Below are positions 18,762 through 27,714 of a DNA stretch of 64,000 bases, in pieces. Position 1 is the stretch's first letter, and the number at the start of each line of letters is the position of its first letter. The stretch is from contig CAMBGQ010000001.1 of NCBI GenBank assembly GCA_945866215.1, forward strand, positions 36,150-100,149, in the 5' to 3' direction. The position numbers and the translations under genes are program-made. Source of the stretch: Opitutus sp. GAS368 (GTDB taxonomy: Bacteria; Verrucomicrobiota; Verrucomicrobiia; Opitutales; UBA953). The notes beneath the pieces are model-generated. The model saw nothing but the letters and a program-made list of their open reading frames with translations. It did not search any database and had not been told where the DNA came from.

Positions 18762-20297
18762 TCACATCAGCTGGGCGGCCAGCTCGGACAGGGCACTGCG
18801 GACGCCACTGATCAGTCGCACGTTGGCGATGATAGCATGGCCCTTCATGCGCTCATGGGTATGAATCAGCCCGTTGGACTTACCGTCAAGGTAAGGGGTA
18901 TCGACCTGATCCAAGTCGCCGATGAGGACGACCTTGGAGCCCTCCCCGATGCGCGTGATGACCGTCTTGGCTTCGTGCGGGGTCATGTTCTGCGCCTCGT
19001 CGACGATCATGAAGGCATGACCGATGGAGCGTCCGCGAATGAACGTCATCGCTTCGATTTCAATGAGACCCGAGTCGATGAGCCACTGGTAGGGCTTACG
19101 GGGCTGGTTGACGGCCTGAAACTGCGAACCAAAGATCGGCTGCGGGGTCTTCATCGCCTGGGCTTTCTTCTGGCGACGTTGCGAATCGGTGGCGACAGTT
19201 TCCTTGGCGGTCGGCGTCGGGCCAGCATGACCATTCTTGGAAAAGAGCACCTCGAGGTTATCGAAATACGGCTGGATGTAGGGCGAGAGTTTTTCCTCCT
19301 TCGTGCCGGGCAACGCCCCGATGTCTTTACCGATCTGAACGACGGGCCGCGAGACGTAGAGCTTCTTGTAGGGGGAGAAATCACTGAGCACCTGCGACAA
19401 GGCCGCAGCGATGGAGAGGAACGTTTTACCGGTGCCGGCGCGACCGAAGCAGGTGACCAGGCGGATTTCAGGATTCAACAGCGCGTCCAAGAAAATCCAT
19501 TGCTCGAAATTCTTGGGGATAACGCGCATACCGCGGGGCATCTGGAGACCTTTGCGGGCGCCGCTGTCGGTAGACATGAACTCGCGGTAGAGCCCAAGGG
19601 GGACGAAAGCGCCTTCGCCGACGTGGCGGGCCGGCTCGCTCCACGAGTCGGACGTGAACATGACATATTCGTTGATGATCAGGGGCGGCTCTTCCTTCAC
19701 CTTCACCTGCACCTGGCCGAGTTCGCGGAAATCACGCATGGCTGCGGCAGTCACCTTAATGGTGCGGTATTCACCCTCTTCGCTGGTCTCGACGCGGTCA
19801 TTGCGGTAATCCTGCACGTCCAGGCCCAAGGCCTGTGCTTTCAGGGACATACAGGTGTCCTTGGTCACCAGAATGACGGAACCCTTCGAGGTATCGCGCA
19901 GATAGAGCGCGGAGGCGATGATGCGATGGTCGGGGGCGTCGACCTGCATGAAAACGGCCCGCAGGCGATCGGCCTTGGCTCCGTTGAAGTGGTCACGGAT
20001 CAGCGCCTCGTTGATGACGATGCGGAGTTCGCCGCCGTCGCGGAGCTTAGCGTGTAGGGCGCTGGGCTTGGTCGCATCGCCTTCGGCAATCTCCTTAAGT
20101 GAACGGTTCTCGAAGAGACTTCGAATCGACCGATTAACCCTTCGCGCACTGGCGCCGAGTTGACCTGGCTGGGTCTTCAGACGATCGAGCTCGGACAAGA
20201 CCTCGACAGGCACAGCCACAATGTGCTCGTCGAACTTGAACAGGGACTCGGGATCGTGAATCAGTACGTTGGTGTCCAGGACGTAAGTCTTTCTCAC
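18762..20297 (-). CDS. PIN-domain / PhoH-like ATPase fusion (PhoH2/YlaK type)
   Basis: N-terminal PIN (VLDTNVLIHDP), PhoH P-loop GRAGTGKTF and DEAQN motif. GTG start. Confidence 0.9.
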   Translation of the reverse strand: MRKTYVLDTNVLIHDPESLFKFDEHIVAVPVEVLSELDRLKTQPGQLGASARRVNRSIRSLFENRSLKEIAEGDATKPSALHAKLRDGGELRIVINEALIRDHFNGAKADRLRAVFMQVDAPDHRIIASALYLRDTSKGSVILVTKDTCMSLKAQALGLDVQDYRNDRVETSEEGEYRTIKVTAAAMRDFRELGQVQVKVKEEPPLIINEYVMFTSDSWSEPARHVGEGAFVPLGLYREFMSTDSGARKGLQMPRGMRVIPKNFEQWIFLDALLNPEIRLVTCFGRAGTGKTFLSIAAALSQVLSDFSPYKKLYVSRPVVQIGKDIGALPGTKEEKLSPYIQPYFDNLEVLFSKNGHAGPTPTAKETVATDSQRRQKKAQAMKTPQPIFGSQFQAVNQPRKPYQWLIDSGLIEIEAMTFIRGRSIGHAFMIVDEAQNMTPHEAKTVITRIGEGSKVVLIGDLDQVDTPYLDGKSNGLIHTHERMKGHAIIANVRLISGVRSALSELAAQLM

Positions 20298-20342
20298 ATC
20301 TCTTTACGTGACCAAAATTGGGGAGAGCGCAATCTGTAAAAA

Positions 20343-20645
20343 TTATTTCGGTCCGTCCATTGCGCTAAGGTATTCCCAGCTGTAGATACCGGTACGATGT
20401 CCGTCGCTGAACTCCAAGGTGACGGCATAGTTGCCGACGCGACTCAATCCGGTGACGGTGACCCCGGGGAATCGTCGCGGGCCGTCGCCACCCCAACGCT
20501 GCCCGAGGATGTCGACCTCACCCATGTTCTCAGCGCTTGGCGAAAGCTCACGGAGAAGTTCGGCACGGAGACATTGCTCACGGCCGTCTTCCCAGGTGAT
20601 GGCCACGAAATCACCTATAATCTGAAGGTCTCGCGGCGGCCGCAT
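20343..20645 (-). CDS. DUF971-family small protein (gamma-butyrobetaine hydroxylase N-terminal-like)
   Basis: Only the last 100 aa of the listed 388-aa ORF look genuine (MRPPRDLQIIGDF...DGHRTGIYSWEYL). The upstream part is antisense to ybaB/recR. Confidence 0.75.
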   Translation of the reverse strand: MRPPRDLQIIGDFVAITWEDGREQCLRAELLRELSPSAENMGEVDILGQRWGGDGPRRFPGVTVTGLSRVGNYAVTLEFSDGHRTGIYSWEYLSAMDGPK

Positions 20646-20706
20646 AACCCCAAAGTGTGGTCTGTCGACGCGGTGGCAAGCAGGGAGCGGACGGCGGGAC
20701 GACCTT

Positions 20707-20731
20707 GACTCCCCGGGCTTGGTGGGGAGTC
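20707..20731. promoter_or_regulatory. Perfect 8-bp inverted repeat GACTCCCC-N9-GGGGAGTC in a divergent intergenic region
   Basis: Arms at 20707-20714 and 20724-20731. The repeat ends 10 nt before the ybaB ATG. It could be an operator palindrome or a 5'-UTR hairpin. Confidence 0.3.
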
Positions 20732-20741
20732 TAATCGAACT

Positions 20742-21047
20742 ATGGCAGGCGTAGGCAAACTCCTCAAACAGGCCCAAAAGATGCAACGTGGCATCGCTGA
20801 GGCCCAACATCAGCTCACGGCGGAGAGACTCGACGTCTCTCATGGCGGCGGCGCGGTCAGGATCACGGTCAATGGCCATGGACTGGTCCTCGCCCTGGCG
20901 ATTGACCCCGACTTCATCAAGGAGGATAAGGCGATGGTCGAACAGGCCCTCGTCGCCGCCCTGCAGGAGGCTTCGGCCAAGGCTCGAGAACTCCATGAAG
21001 CCACGATGTCGAAGGCCACGGCTGGGTTCTCCCTGCCTGGGATGTAA
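20742..21047 (+). CDS. ybaB: Nucleoid-associated protein YbaB/EbfC
   Basis: 101 aa. LLKQAQKMQ N-terminus and GGGAVRITVNG core. Confidence 0.9.
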   Translation: MAGVGKLLKQAQKMQRGIAEAQHQLTAERLDVSHGGGAVRITVNGHGLVLALAIDPDFIKEDKAMVEQALVAALQEASAKARELHEATMSKATAGFSLPGM

Positions 21048-21053
21048 TCGCTC

Positions 21054-21656
21054 GTGACTCCCTCTTTCGACAAGGTCCGCCAACTCCTTAAGCTGCTCCC
21101 AGGGATGGGCCACCGCTCCGCCGAGCGTATCGCCCTGCACTTGTTGGTCGAACGTCCGGGCAAACTGGCCCCGCTCTTGGAGTCGCTCCAGGCAGCGGCC
21201 GCCGCGGTCCGGCGGTGCGGGCGTTGCGGCAGCCTGGCCGAAGCAGAACTCTGCCCGGTCTGTCTCGACGCGAAACGTGACCCGGCGTCTCTTTGCGTAG
21301 TCGAACAAGTGCCCGACCTGATGGCCATCGAGCGTTCGGTCGCCTATCGGGGGACCTATCACGTCCTCCACGGCCGCTTGTCCCCGATCAACGGCGTGGG
21401 CCCCGACCAGCTCAATCTCGCGACCTTCGAGCAGCGCCTGAAGGACGAGCCCATCACGGAGGTCGTGCTCGCCTTGGGTAACGACATTGAAGGCGAGGCC
21501 ACCTGCCATTATATCAGCGAGGTCATCTTGGCGATCCGGCCGACGATTAAAATCTCGCGCATCGGCTTCGGCCTGCCCAGCGGCAGCGGCCTGACCTTCG
21601 CCGATCCCGCCACGCTGCGCAGCGCGCTGGAGGGAAGACGCGATGTCGCTGGCTGA
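21054..21656 (+). CDS. recR: Recombination protein RecR
   Basis: LPGMGHRSAERIA helix-hairpin-helix, zinc finger CGRCGSLAE..CPVC and a Toprim domain. GTG start. Confidence 0.93.
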   Translation: MTPSFDKVRQLLKLLPGMGHRSAERIALHLLVERPGKLAPLLESLQAAAAAVRRCGRCGSLAEAELCPVCLDAKRDPASLCVVEQVPDLMAIERSVAYRGTYHVLHGRLSPINGVGPDQLNLATFEQRLKDEPITEVVLALGNDIEGEATCHYISEVILAIRPTIKISRIGFGLPSGSGLTFADPATLRSALEGRRDVAG

Positions 21657-22815
21657 ATCCCCGCGGCTCGCCTACCCTCTGGCGGCGGAAGCCTTTTGGA
21701 TTGGTCAGGCCGAACTGGCGACGGAGAGAGTCGGCGACGATGCCCTGCAACGGATGACGCCAGCGGTGGCCCATTTGTCCGATCTCTTTACCACCGAGCG
21801 ACCCGACCATAAATTCCCCGACTACTTTGCCGACCCGCGCTTGCTGGCGGCCTATGGGATCTTTTTTCTGCCCCAGAGCTTCACGCGCACTTCTATCGCT
21901 CTGGCCCAGACCTGTGGACTGCGTGGCTGGAAACCTTCCAGCCCAGTCCCGGCCATCCTCGATCTTGGTTCCGGCCCCGGATCGTGCGGTGTTGCGGCAG
22001 CCTATCGGCTCCGCCAAGCCGGCATCAAAAAGATCAACCTACTGGGCGTGGACAAGTCACCGAGCGCCTTGGCTTCGATGGAATCCTTCGCTCAAGCGAC
22101 CCTCGGTGAGGACGTCGAAACGAAGACCCGCATCGGTGACGCGTCCCGACCGGAGACCTGGCCAGAAGGCCCCTTCGACCTCATCGTCGCGGGCTTTGTG
22201 ATGAACGAGATGCCGCAACTCGACCCCGCCGCCCTGCTCCGCTGGTTCGGCGAACTCAAGGCCAGGCTCGCCCCAGGCGGACTCATCCTGATTCTCGAAC
22301 CCGCCTTACGAATCACCGCCGAGCGATTGCAGAAACTCAGCGACGACGTAGCGGCCGGAGAAATGACCCGCATCGCGCCCGAACTCGATGCCCGGCCCGA
22401 CCCGCAGCTCGGATCCGGTGAACATTGGAGCCACGAGACACGCGCTTGGAAAGCTCCGGACTCGACCGAATTCATCAACCGCCACCTCCATCGGGATCTG
22501 CGCGAAGTGCGCTTTTCTTTCGCCGCCTTCTCGGACGCGCCCCTGACGCCACTTCCGCCCAGATTAAGCCGACTGATATCTGACGTCCAAATCATTAAGG
22601 GCCTCCTTCGTTTCATTACAATTCGCGAGGGCGCGATTGAATCCATCGAAGTCCCCACCCGTGGCCTTTCCAAACATGAGGTCAAAAAAATGGCCGCAAC
22701 CTTCGGACGGGGGGATATCGTCCGACATCCGCACCCGGCCTCGCCGAAGTTGCGCTTGGCCAATCATGAGGAATTGAGGGTCTTTTGGACGCTGGCGGGT
22801 GGCCGTGAACCATAA
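21643..22815 (+). CDS. SAM-dependent methyltransferase, Rsm22-like
   Basis: SAM motif ILDLGSGPGS; 390 aa. Overlaps the recR end by 14 nt. Confidence 0.7.
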   Translation: MSLAESPRLAYPLAAEAFWIGQAELATERVGDDALQRMTPAVAHLSDLFTTERPDHKFPDYFADPRLLAAYGIFFLPQSFTRTSIALAQTCGLRGWKPSSPVPAILDLGSGPGSCGVAAAYRLRQAGIKKINLLGVDKSPSALASMESFAQATLGEDVETKTRIGDASRPETWPEGPFDLIVAGFVMNEMPQLDPAALLRWFGELKARLAPGGLILILEPALRITAERLQKLSDDVAAGEMTRIAPELDARPDPQLGSGEHWSHETRAWKAPDSTEFINRHLHRDLREVRFSFAAFSDAPLTPLPPRLSRLISDVQIIKGLLRFITIREGAIESIEVPTRGLSKHEVKKMAATFGRGDIVRHPHPASPKLRLANHEELRVFWTLAGGREP

Positions 22816-22842
22816 TGTAACATTCACGGAGGAGCATTTGTT

Positions 22843-22885
22843 TGCCTGACTTCTCCGACTGGGATTTGCTTCAGGCAGTCTTTTT
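22843..22885 (+). terminator. Putative intrinsic terminator after the methyltransferase gene
   Basis: TGCCTGA (22843-22849) pairs with TCAGGCA (22871-22877) and is followed by GTCTTTTT. The loop is long at 21 nt. Confidence 0.35.
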
Positions 22886-22913
22886 CTCCTGACACCCTTC
22901 CCTCCTTATCTCC

Positions 22914-24986
22914 ATGTTTAATCGCGAACTCAGTTGGCTCAGCTTCGATCGTCGAGTCCTCGAACTCGCCGAGGACGACTCCGTCCCCCTGCTCGAACGC
23001 GTGCGCTTCCTTTCGATCGTCAGCTCCAACTTGGATGAGTTTTTCGAGATCCGCGTCGCGGGTATCATGCAACAAGAGGAGTCCGCCAGCCATCCGGCGA
23101 CCAAGGATTTCCTGGCCGAGGTCCTCGCCATGGCCCGCCGGCTGGACGAGGATGCGCAGGCTTGCTGGAAGAACCAGCTCATCCCGAGTCTCGCAACCGA
23201 AGGCATCGTCTTCAAAACCCGCGAAAGGTTGGACGAGACCGACCGCGCCGAGCTATCGCCGCGCTTCGATTCGGACATCTTCTCCGCGCTGACGCCGCTG
23301 GCCATCGATCCTTCGCACCCCTTCCCGGTGCTCTCTAATAAAGGGCTCTATCTGCTCGTGCTACTGCGGGACCCCAAGGACGGAGAAATCCGCCGGGCGG
23401 TTGTACCAATCCCGCGCGTCCTCCCCCGCATCCTGACCGTGGGCGAAGGGAAGCGGCGGGCCTACACCCAGCTCAGCCATGTGGTCCAGCTCTTCATCCA
23501 TCGTCTCTTCCCCGGACTGGAACTTCAGGGCTCATGGACCTTCCGCATCACCCGCAACAGCGACCTCTACGTCGACGAGGAAGAAGCGGGTAACTTGCTC
23601 GAGGCCATCGAGGACGAAATCCGCAACCTACGCAAAGGCGCCCCCGTCCGCCTCGAAATCGAGGCCGACGTGCCCGAGGGAGAGATGCTTTGGTTGCTTA
23701 AGTCCATCGGACTCTCGGCCGATAACGCCTTCCGGGTCGTAGGTCCGGTCAATCTCCTGCGCCTCGCCAGCCTCATCGACCTGACGGCTCGCCCCGACCT
23801 CCTCTACCCGACTTTCATCCCCGCCCTGCCGGCCGAGTTCACCGAGTCCCCGAAGCTCTTCGCCCGCATCGCCCAGCAGGACTTGCTGCTACACCACCCC
23901 TACGAGTCGTTCACCCCCGTCGTGGACTTTATCCGCCAAGCCGCCCGCGATGATTCCGTCGTGGCAATCAAGCTCACGCTTTATCGAACCAGCGGCGACT
24001 CCCCAGTTGTCGAAGCGCTCAAGGAAGCAGCGCGTAATGGTAAACAAGTCACCGCCCTCGTCGAGCTCCGGGCTCGCTTCGACGAACTAAACAACATCGA
24101 ATGGGCCCGTCAGCTCGAGGAAGCCGGCGCCCACGTCGTCTATGGCCTGGGCGGCCTGAAGACCCACTGCAAGGCCTGCCTGGTTATCCGCCAGGAGAAA
24201 GGTGGCTTGCGCCGCTATGCGCATCTCGGGACCGGTAACTATAACCCGAAGACCGCGCGTATCTATACCGACTTCTCAATGTTCACCGCAGACGCCGAGC
24301 TCACCGCGGACGTCGGCCTGCTCTTCAACGTGCTCACCGGCAACCTCGCCAGCCCCAAGTTCAAGCACCTGATCATCGCGCCCTTCGACTTGGCGCGCCG
24401 CGTGGTGGAACTCATCGACGCCGAGACCTCGGCCGCCAGCGCTGGCCGCAAGGCCGCTATCTTCGCCAAGGTCAATAGCCTCGTCGACCCGGAGGTCATC
24501 CAGGCCCTTTACCGCGCCTCGGCCGCGGGCGTGAAGGTTGAACTCATCGTCCGCGGCATCTGCTGTCTCAAGCCCGGCATCCCCGGCAAGAGCGACAACA
24601 TCCGCGTCCGCAGTTTCCTTGGACGCTTCCTGGAACATAGCCGCCTGCTGCGTTTCGAGAACTCCGGCGGCGAACCAATCATCCTGCTCGGCAGCGCCGA
24701 CTGGATGCCTCGTAATTTCCTTCGGCGCGTCGAAAGCGTCTTTCCCGTGCGCAACAAGACCCTGCGGAAGCGCATTGAAGATTCGGTCATCGCGACCTAC
24801 CTGCGAAACACCGGGGACGCAAAGTCGCTCCAGCCGGATGGCAGTTATGCGGCCCACTCGCCGGAGGGGCGCCGGGCGGCTTGCGCTCAGGACGCCTTCC
24901 TCGCGAAGGCGCAGAAACTCCAGCCCGAGGCGGTCAGCGGGCCGAAGAAGAAGAGCCCAAGCAGATCCGTTCGACAGCCGCGTTGA
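22914..24986 (+). CDS. ppk: Polyphosphate kinase 1
   Basis: NRELSWLSFDRRVL N-terminus and autophosphorylation-site context GGLKTHCKACLV; 690 aa. Confidence 0.95.
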   Translation: MFNRELSWLSFDRRVLELAEDDSVPLLERVRFLSIVSSNLDEFFEIRVAGIMQQEESASHPATKDFLAEVLAMARRLDEDAQACWKNQLIPSLATEGIVFKTRERLDETDRAELSPRFDSDIFSALTPLAIDPSHPFPVLSNKGLYLLVLLRDPKDGEIRRAVVPIPRVLPRILTVGEGKRRAYTQLSHVVQLFIHRLFPGLELQGSWTFRITRNSDLYVDEEEAGNLLEAIEDEIRNLRKGAPVRLEIEADVPEGEMLWLLKSIGLSADNAFRVVGPVNLLRLASLIDLTARPDLLYPTFIPALPAEFTESPKLFARIAQQDLLLHHPYESFTPVVDFIRQAARDDSVVAIKLTLYRTSGDSPVVEALKEAARNGKQVTALVELRARFDELNNIEWARQLEEAGAHVVYGLGGLKTHCKACLVIRQEKGGLRRYAHLGTGNYNPKTARIYTDFSMFTADAELTADVGLLFNVLTGNLASPKFKHLIIAPFDLARRVVELIDAETSAASAGRKAAIFAKVNSLVDPEVIQALYRASAAGVKVELIVRGICCLKPGIPGKSDNIRVRSFLGRFLEHSRLLRFENSGGEPIILLGSADWMPRNFLRRVESVFPVRNKTLRKRIEDSVIATYLRNTGDAKSLQPDGSYAAHSPEGRRAACAQDAFLAKAQKLQPEAVSGPKKKSPSRSVRQPR

Positions 24987-26139
24987 ACCCTTCCGGATCG
25001 CCGAGGATTTCAACCTCCAGCCGGACGAACATCAGCGGAATGGGCGGGCGGAAGCGTGCCTGCAGGCGGACCGCATCCTTTTCCGTCGTGACGATCATCT
25101 CGGCCTTGGCCTGCATGGCGAGCTCGAGGATTTCGTCGAGGTCCTCGTCCGCGAAGGCGTGGTGGTCGAGGAAACGACGGTTGGCGACGATGCGGGCGCC
25201 ATGGGAGGTCAAGGTCTCTTCGAACCGTTCAGGCGTCGCGATACCAGAGAAAGCGGCGATGCGGCGGCCTTTCAGATCCGTCATCGGATGGCGACCCGGA
25301 CCGTCTACCTCGACGAGTTCGCGGGCGTCGTGGGAGCAGCTGATGATCTCCGCCTTCGCGTTGTGCCGCCGGATGAGGCTGACGAGCGCTGGATCGGGCG
25401 GACCCAGCGACTTGGTCACGAAGACATAGGAAGCCCGGCTCAGGTTGGAAACAGGTTCGCGCAGCACGCCCCGAGGCAACATGGAGCCGTTGCCGAACGG
25501 ATCGCGGCTATCGACCAGCAACAGGTTGATCTGCCCGCGCAGCGGGAGATATTGCAGGCCATCATCAAGCAGGATGGTATCCACCCCGAAGCGCCGCAGG
25601 GCAAAGCGGCCGCCCTCCACCCTGTCGCGATCGACGATGACGACCACGCCCTCGCCGCAGAGATTCTGGGCGAGCATGTAGGGTTCGTCACCGGCTTCAT
25701 CTGGGCCGACCAAGACGGACCGGCCATCGGAGACCACGAGCGGATCGGGGCGGTTTCCCTGGGTCAACCAGCGCCAAAAACGCTTCAACATCGAATCGGA
25801 GGCTCCTTTGTAACCGCGCGAAAGGATGGCCACCTTGCGCCCGCGCGCCGACAGCAAGCGTGCCATCTTGAGCACGATCGGGGTCTTACCGGTGCCGCCG
25901 ACGGTCAGGTTTCCGACGACCACCACCTTGCAGCCGAGGGGAGTATCGCGAAAAACCCGGTGACGATAGAGCCAAAGACGAAGCCGCACCAGAACCTCGA
26001 AAATCCACGAAAGCACCTTCAGGAAGGCCCCCAGCAAGCTTGGTCCAAGACCTTGGCGGCGTTCGTAGACTACGTCTACGGCATAGCTGGCCACGGCGTC
26101 CCCGAAGGACGAAAAGAAGCCTCGGTGCTTGGCAGCCAT
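24934..26139 (-). CDS. lpxK: Tetraacyldisaccharide 4'-kinase
   Basis: P-loop [18 protein letters not shown] at 26139 is preferred (26178 also possible). The listed ORF extends to 26601, antisense through panD. Confidence 0.85.
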   Translation of the reverse strand: MAAKHRGFFSSFGDAVASYAVDVVYERRQGLGPSLLGAFLKVLSWIFEVLVRLRLWLYRHRVFRDTPLGCKVVVVGNLTVGGTGKTPIVLKMARLLSARGRKVAILSRGYKGASDSMLKRFWRWLTQGNRPDPLVVSDGRSVLVGPDEAGDEPYMLAQNLCGEGVVVIVDRDRVEGGRFALRRFGVDTILLDDGLQYLPLRGQINLLLVDSRDPFGNGSMLPRGVLREPVSNLSRASYVFVTKSLGPPDPALVSLIRRHNAKAEIISCSHDARELVEVDGPGRHPMTDLKGRRIAAFSGIATPERFEETLTSHGARIVANRRFLDHHAFADEDLDEILELAMQAKAEMIVTTEKDAVRLQARFRPPIPLMFVRLEVEILGDPEGFNAAVERICLGSSSSAR

Positions 26140-26205
26140 GGACGAATTGATGCAAAGTTGTTTGACGAAGGCAACCATCCCGATTGAGAAGGACGGACCA
26201 GCGCC

Positions 26206-26607
26206 ATGCTCGTACACCTGTTGCGCACCAAAATTCTCCGAGCCGAGGTCACCGCGGCCCGGCTCGATTACGAAGGCTCCTTGGCCATCGATCAGGAGAT
26301 CATGGCGCTCGTCGGACTGCTCCCCTATGAGAAGATCCTCATCGGCAACCTGGCTAATGGTGAACGCTTCGAGACCTACGCTATCCCGGCTCCCGCCGGT
26401 ACCCGCGAGGTCTGCCTGAACGGAGCCACCGCCCACCTCGGCAAACCAGGCGATCTGCTCGTTGTCATGTCCTTTACCCAGGTCGACGCCGCGGAAGCCG
26501 CGAGCTGGAAACCCCGGACAGCCACCCTCGCCGAGAGCAACCGTCGCATCGTTCGGCTCGAAAACCCCGAAATCCCGACTTCTCTCCTCACTACCTTCCA
26601 ACGATGA
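26206..26607 (+). CDS. panD: Aspartate 1-decarboxylase
   Basis: MLVHLLRTKILRAEVT N-terminus and self-processing site YEGS; 133 aa. Confidence 0.92.
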   Translation: MLVHLLRTKILRAEVTAARLDYEGSLAIDQEIMALVGLLPYEKILIGNLANGERFETYAIPAPAGTREVCLNGATAHLGKPGDLLVVMSFTQVDAAEAASWKPRTATLAESNRRIVRLENPEIPTSLLTTFQR

Positions 26608-27683
26608 GCTACCGTCTCTATATACCCGGGCCGCTGACCGTCTCCCCCTCCATCATCCAAGCCATGGCCAAGCCTATGGTCGGGCACCGCTCGGGAGATT
26701 TCGTCAAACTCTACAACGACATGCAGCCCCGCTTGCAGGCGATGTTCTTCACCCAAGACCCCGTCTACCTCGCTACCAGTTCCGCCTGGGGTGTCATGGA
26801 AGGAGCGCTCCGTAACGTCTGCCGCAAGGGCGTACTCAATTGCATGAACGGCGCGTTCTCCGATAAATGGAATGACGTCGCCAAGCGCTGCGGCAAATAC
26901 TCCGAGGCCCTCCAGTTCGAGTGGGGCAAGCCCATCGACCCCGAGGCGGTCCGCAAGGCCCTCGCCACGGGTAAGTTCGACTGCATCACTTTCATTCATT
27001 CCGAAACCTCGACCGGTACGTTGTCGCCGATTGTCGACATCATGGCCGTGGTCCGTGAATTCCCCGACGTGATTTCGATTGCCGACACGGTCAGCTCCTT
27101 CTCGACCATCCCAGTCAAGAAAGACGAGCTCGGCGTGGACATCTTCCTCACCGGCTCCCAGAAGGCCCTCGCCCTGCCCCCCGGTCTGGCGATCTTCGCC
27201 GTCAGCGAACGGGCCCGCGAACGCGCGAAGCAGTCGCCCGATCGCGGCTATTACTTCGACTTAATCGAGTTCCATGACAATCACGTCAAGGGCATGACCC
27301 CTTCGACCCCGTGCATCTCCCTCTTCTATGGCCTGCAGCAGCGCCTGATCGAGGTCGAGGCCGAGGGGCTCGACAACCGCTATGCCCGCCATCTCCGGCT
27401 CAACGAACGCATGCGCTCCTGGGCTTTCGCCAAGGGATTCTCCCTCCTGCCCGAGCTTAAGTTCGGCACCCGCGGTCTCAACTGCTTCAAGAATGATCGC
27501 AACGCCGACCTCGAACGTCTGAACAAGATCCTCAAATCTCGCCACCAGCTCGTCATCGACGGTGGCTACGGTAAGTTAAAGGGTAAGACGTTCCGCATCT
27601 CTAATATGGGCGACGAAACCGACGCCACGATTGCCACCCTGATCGCCGCCCTTGATGACTCCTTCGCCGAGCAAGGAATGTAG
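26604..27683 (+). CDS. Class V aminotransferase (serine-pyruvate / alanine-glyoxylate / phosphoserine aminotransferase-like)
   Basis: PLP-lysine context TGSQKALALPPG; 359 aa. ATGA overlap with panD. Confidence 0.85.
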   Translation: MSYRLYIPGPLTVSPSIIQAMAKPMVGHRSGDFVKLYNDMQPRLQAMFFTQDPVYLATSSAWGVMEGALRNVCRKGVLNCMNGAFSDKWNDVAKRCGKYSEALQFEWGKPIDPEAVRKALATGKFDCITFIHSETSTGTLSPIVDIMAVVREFPDVISIADTVSSFSTIPVKKDELGVDIFLTGSQKALALPPGLAIFAVSERARERAKQSPDRGYYFDLIEFHDNHVKGMTPSTPCISLFYGLQQRLIEVEAEGLDNRYARHLRLNERMRSWAFAKGFSLLPELKFGTRGLNCFKNDRNADLERLNKILKSRHQLVIDGGYGKLKGKTFRISNMGDETDATIATLIAALDDSFAEQGM

Positions 27684-27714
27684 CCGGACTTGACTAACGG
27701 TTATCATCCTACGC

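Noticed and set aside
18837-20057. 406-aa ORF on the plus strand
   Set aside because: It is antisense to the PIN-PhoH gene and has no recognisable domain.
20646-21509. Upstream 288 codons of the listed 388-aa minus-strand ORF
   Set aside because: It is antisense to ybaB and recR. Only the terminal 100 aa (DUF971) look genuine.
24538-26187. 549-aa ORF on the plus strand
   Set aside because: It is antisense to lpxK and out of frame with the ppk tail. It has no motifs and an Arg/Ser/Pro-rich composition. lpxK has an unambiguous P-loop.
26140-26601. Upstream part of the listed 555-aa lpxK ORF
   Set aside because: It runs antisense through panD. LpxK homology needs only about 75 residues before the P-loop.
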